From: Narcine bancroftii
Taxonomy: Eukaryota
Length of the DNA stretch: 64,000 nt
NCBI RefSeq assembly: GCF_036971445.1
Contig: NC_091481.1
Coordinates: 72,602,001 to 72,666,000 of the forward strand
Direction of reading: 5' to 3'
Under the pieces are notes generated by a model that had not been told where the DNA came from, did no database searches, and saw only the letters and a list, made by a program, of their open reading frames with translations. The stretch's first letter is position 1, and each line of letters begins with the position of its first letter. This document shows positions 63,251 through 64,000 of this stretch, one piece after another. A program made the position numbers and the translations under genes.

Positions 63251-64000
63251 TGGTTTTAATTTCCCAGGGTTTAAAGTACAGCCAAATCCCCAGTATCTAG
63301 CAACTGTGGCGATCAGTAGGTGCTGGAGAAGTGAATTTCCGGATGCTTCACACTGCGTGCGAACTAACCGCTAGAGACGCACCAATTTTAAACTTTCGTA
63401 TAGTTTATTGTCCGCAATTTTTTTTTTGTTGCCAGTTGCTTGAATTCTGTAGAACGGAATTTTCCTGTTCTGATCATTACCTCAGGACACACCCCATCCC
63501 CTAACTCCACTCGCCTCTTGTACCCATCCCTGCAGATTCCTTTCTCCCTCTGTCCACCCAAGTCTAGCGCCATTCTACCCCCCCGCCGCCATCGCCAGAG
63601 ACGAATACTAGCCGGTGCTGGAGAAACTCAGCAGGTCAAGCAGTGTCCTTCACTTTGCCTTCATCAAGGTATGGAAACATGTCGGTGGGCGTCCGAATAA
63701 AAGTTAAAGGAGAGGAGCGTGGTCACAAAGGCAGGATGTAATAGTGGAGAAGGGAGGGAGGGCACAGCAAGAGACAGGGGGGTGGCTCTGTGAATAGAGT
63801 GGGAAGGGGATGGAGAGCTGAGGGAAAGAAGGTGGGGGGGAAGGAGAGCAGAGAGGTCTGGAGAGTGCCCAGATGTCCTTTACAATTTACAAGTTCCTCC
63901 AATTTACGTGTGGTCTTGGTGGGATTGTACACGAGGCCGTGGACAGTTGTATGGGAGTGGGGCACAGAACTGGAATGGAAGGTCCCTGGTTTGGATGGAG

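Overview
Eukaryotic, repeat-rich vertebrate genomic DNA. The repeat complement (HE1/V-SINE-like SINEs, CR1, Rex1/Babar, Penelope-like, RTE, L1/Tx1) suggests a cartilaginous fish (shark or ray); this is inference. Two complete + strand spliced genes can be rebuilt by hand with GT-AG boundaries and consistent phases. (1) An 11-coding-exon SLC6 neutral amino-acid transporter (17051-34222, 687 aa), most likely the SLC6A16 orthologue given its linkage to BAX. (2) A 6-exon BAX (41504-53878, 216 aa, or 195 aa with an alternative exon-1 donor). Each gene has a CpG-rich promoter followed at once by a strongly G-skewed minisatellite. The rest is transposon fragments and tandem arrays; most ORFs in the supplied track are spurious. 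I found no convincing new multi-gene system. The best leads are: Penelope-derived hammerhead-ribozyme-like motifs with a recurring UUGAUGA core and fold-back derivatives; an RTE insertion with a 93-bp target duplication beside a twin-primed inverted copy; a uORF whose stop overlaps the transporter ATG; a BAX tail resembling the S184L mitochondria-targeted mutant; two Chapaev3-like elements; and a solo LTR.
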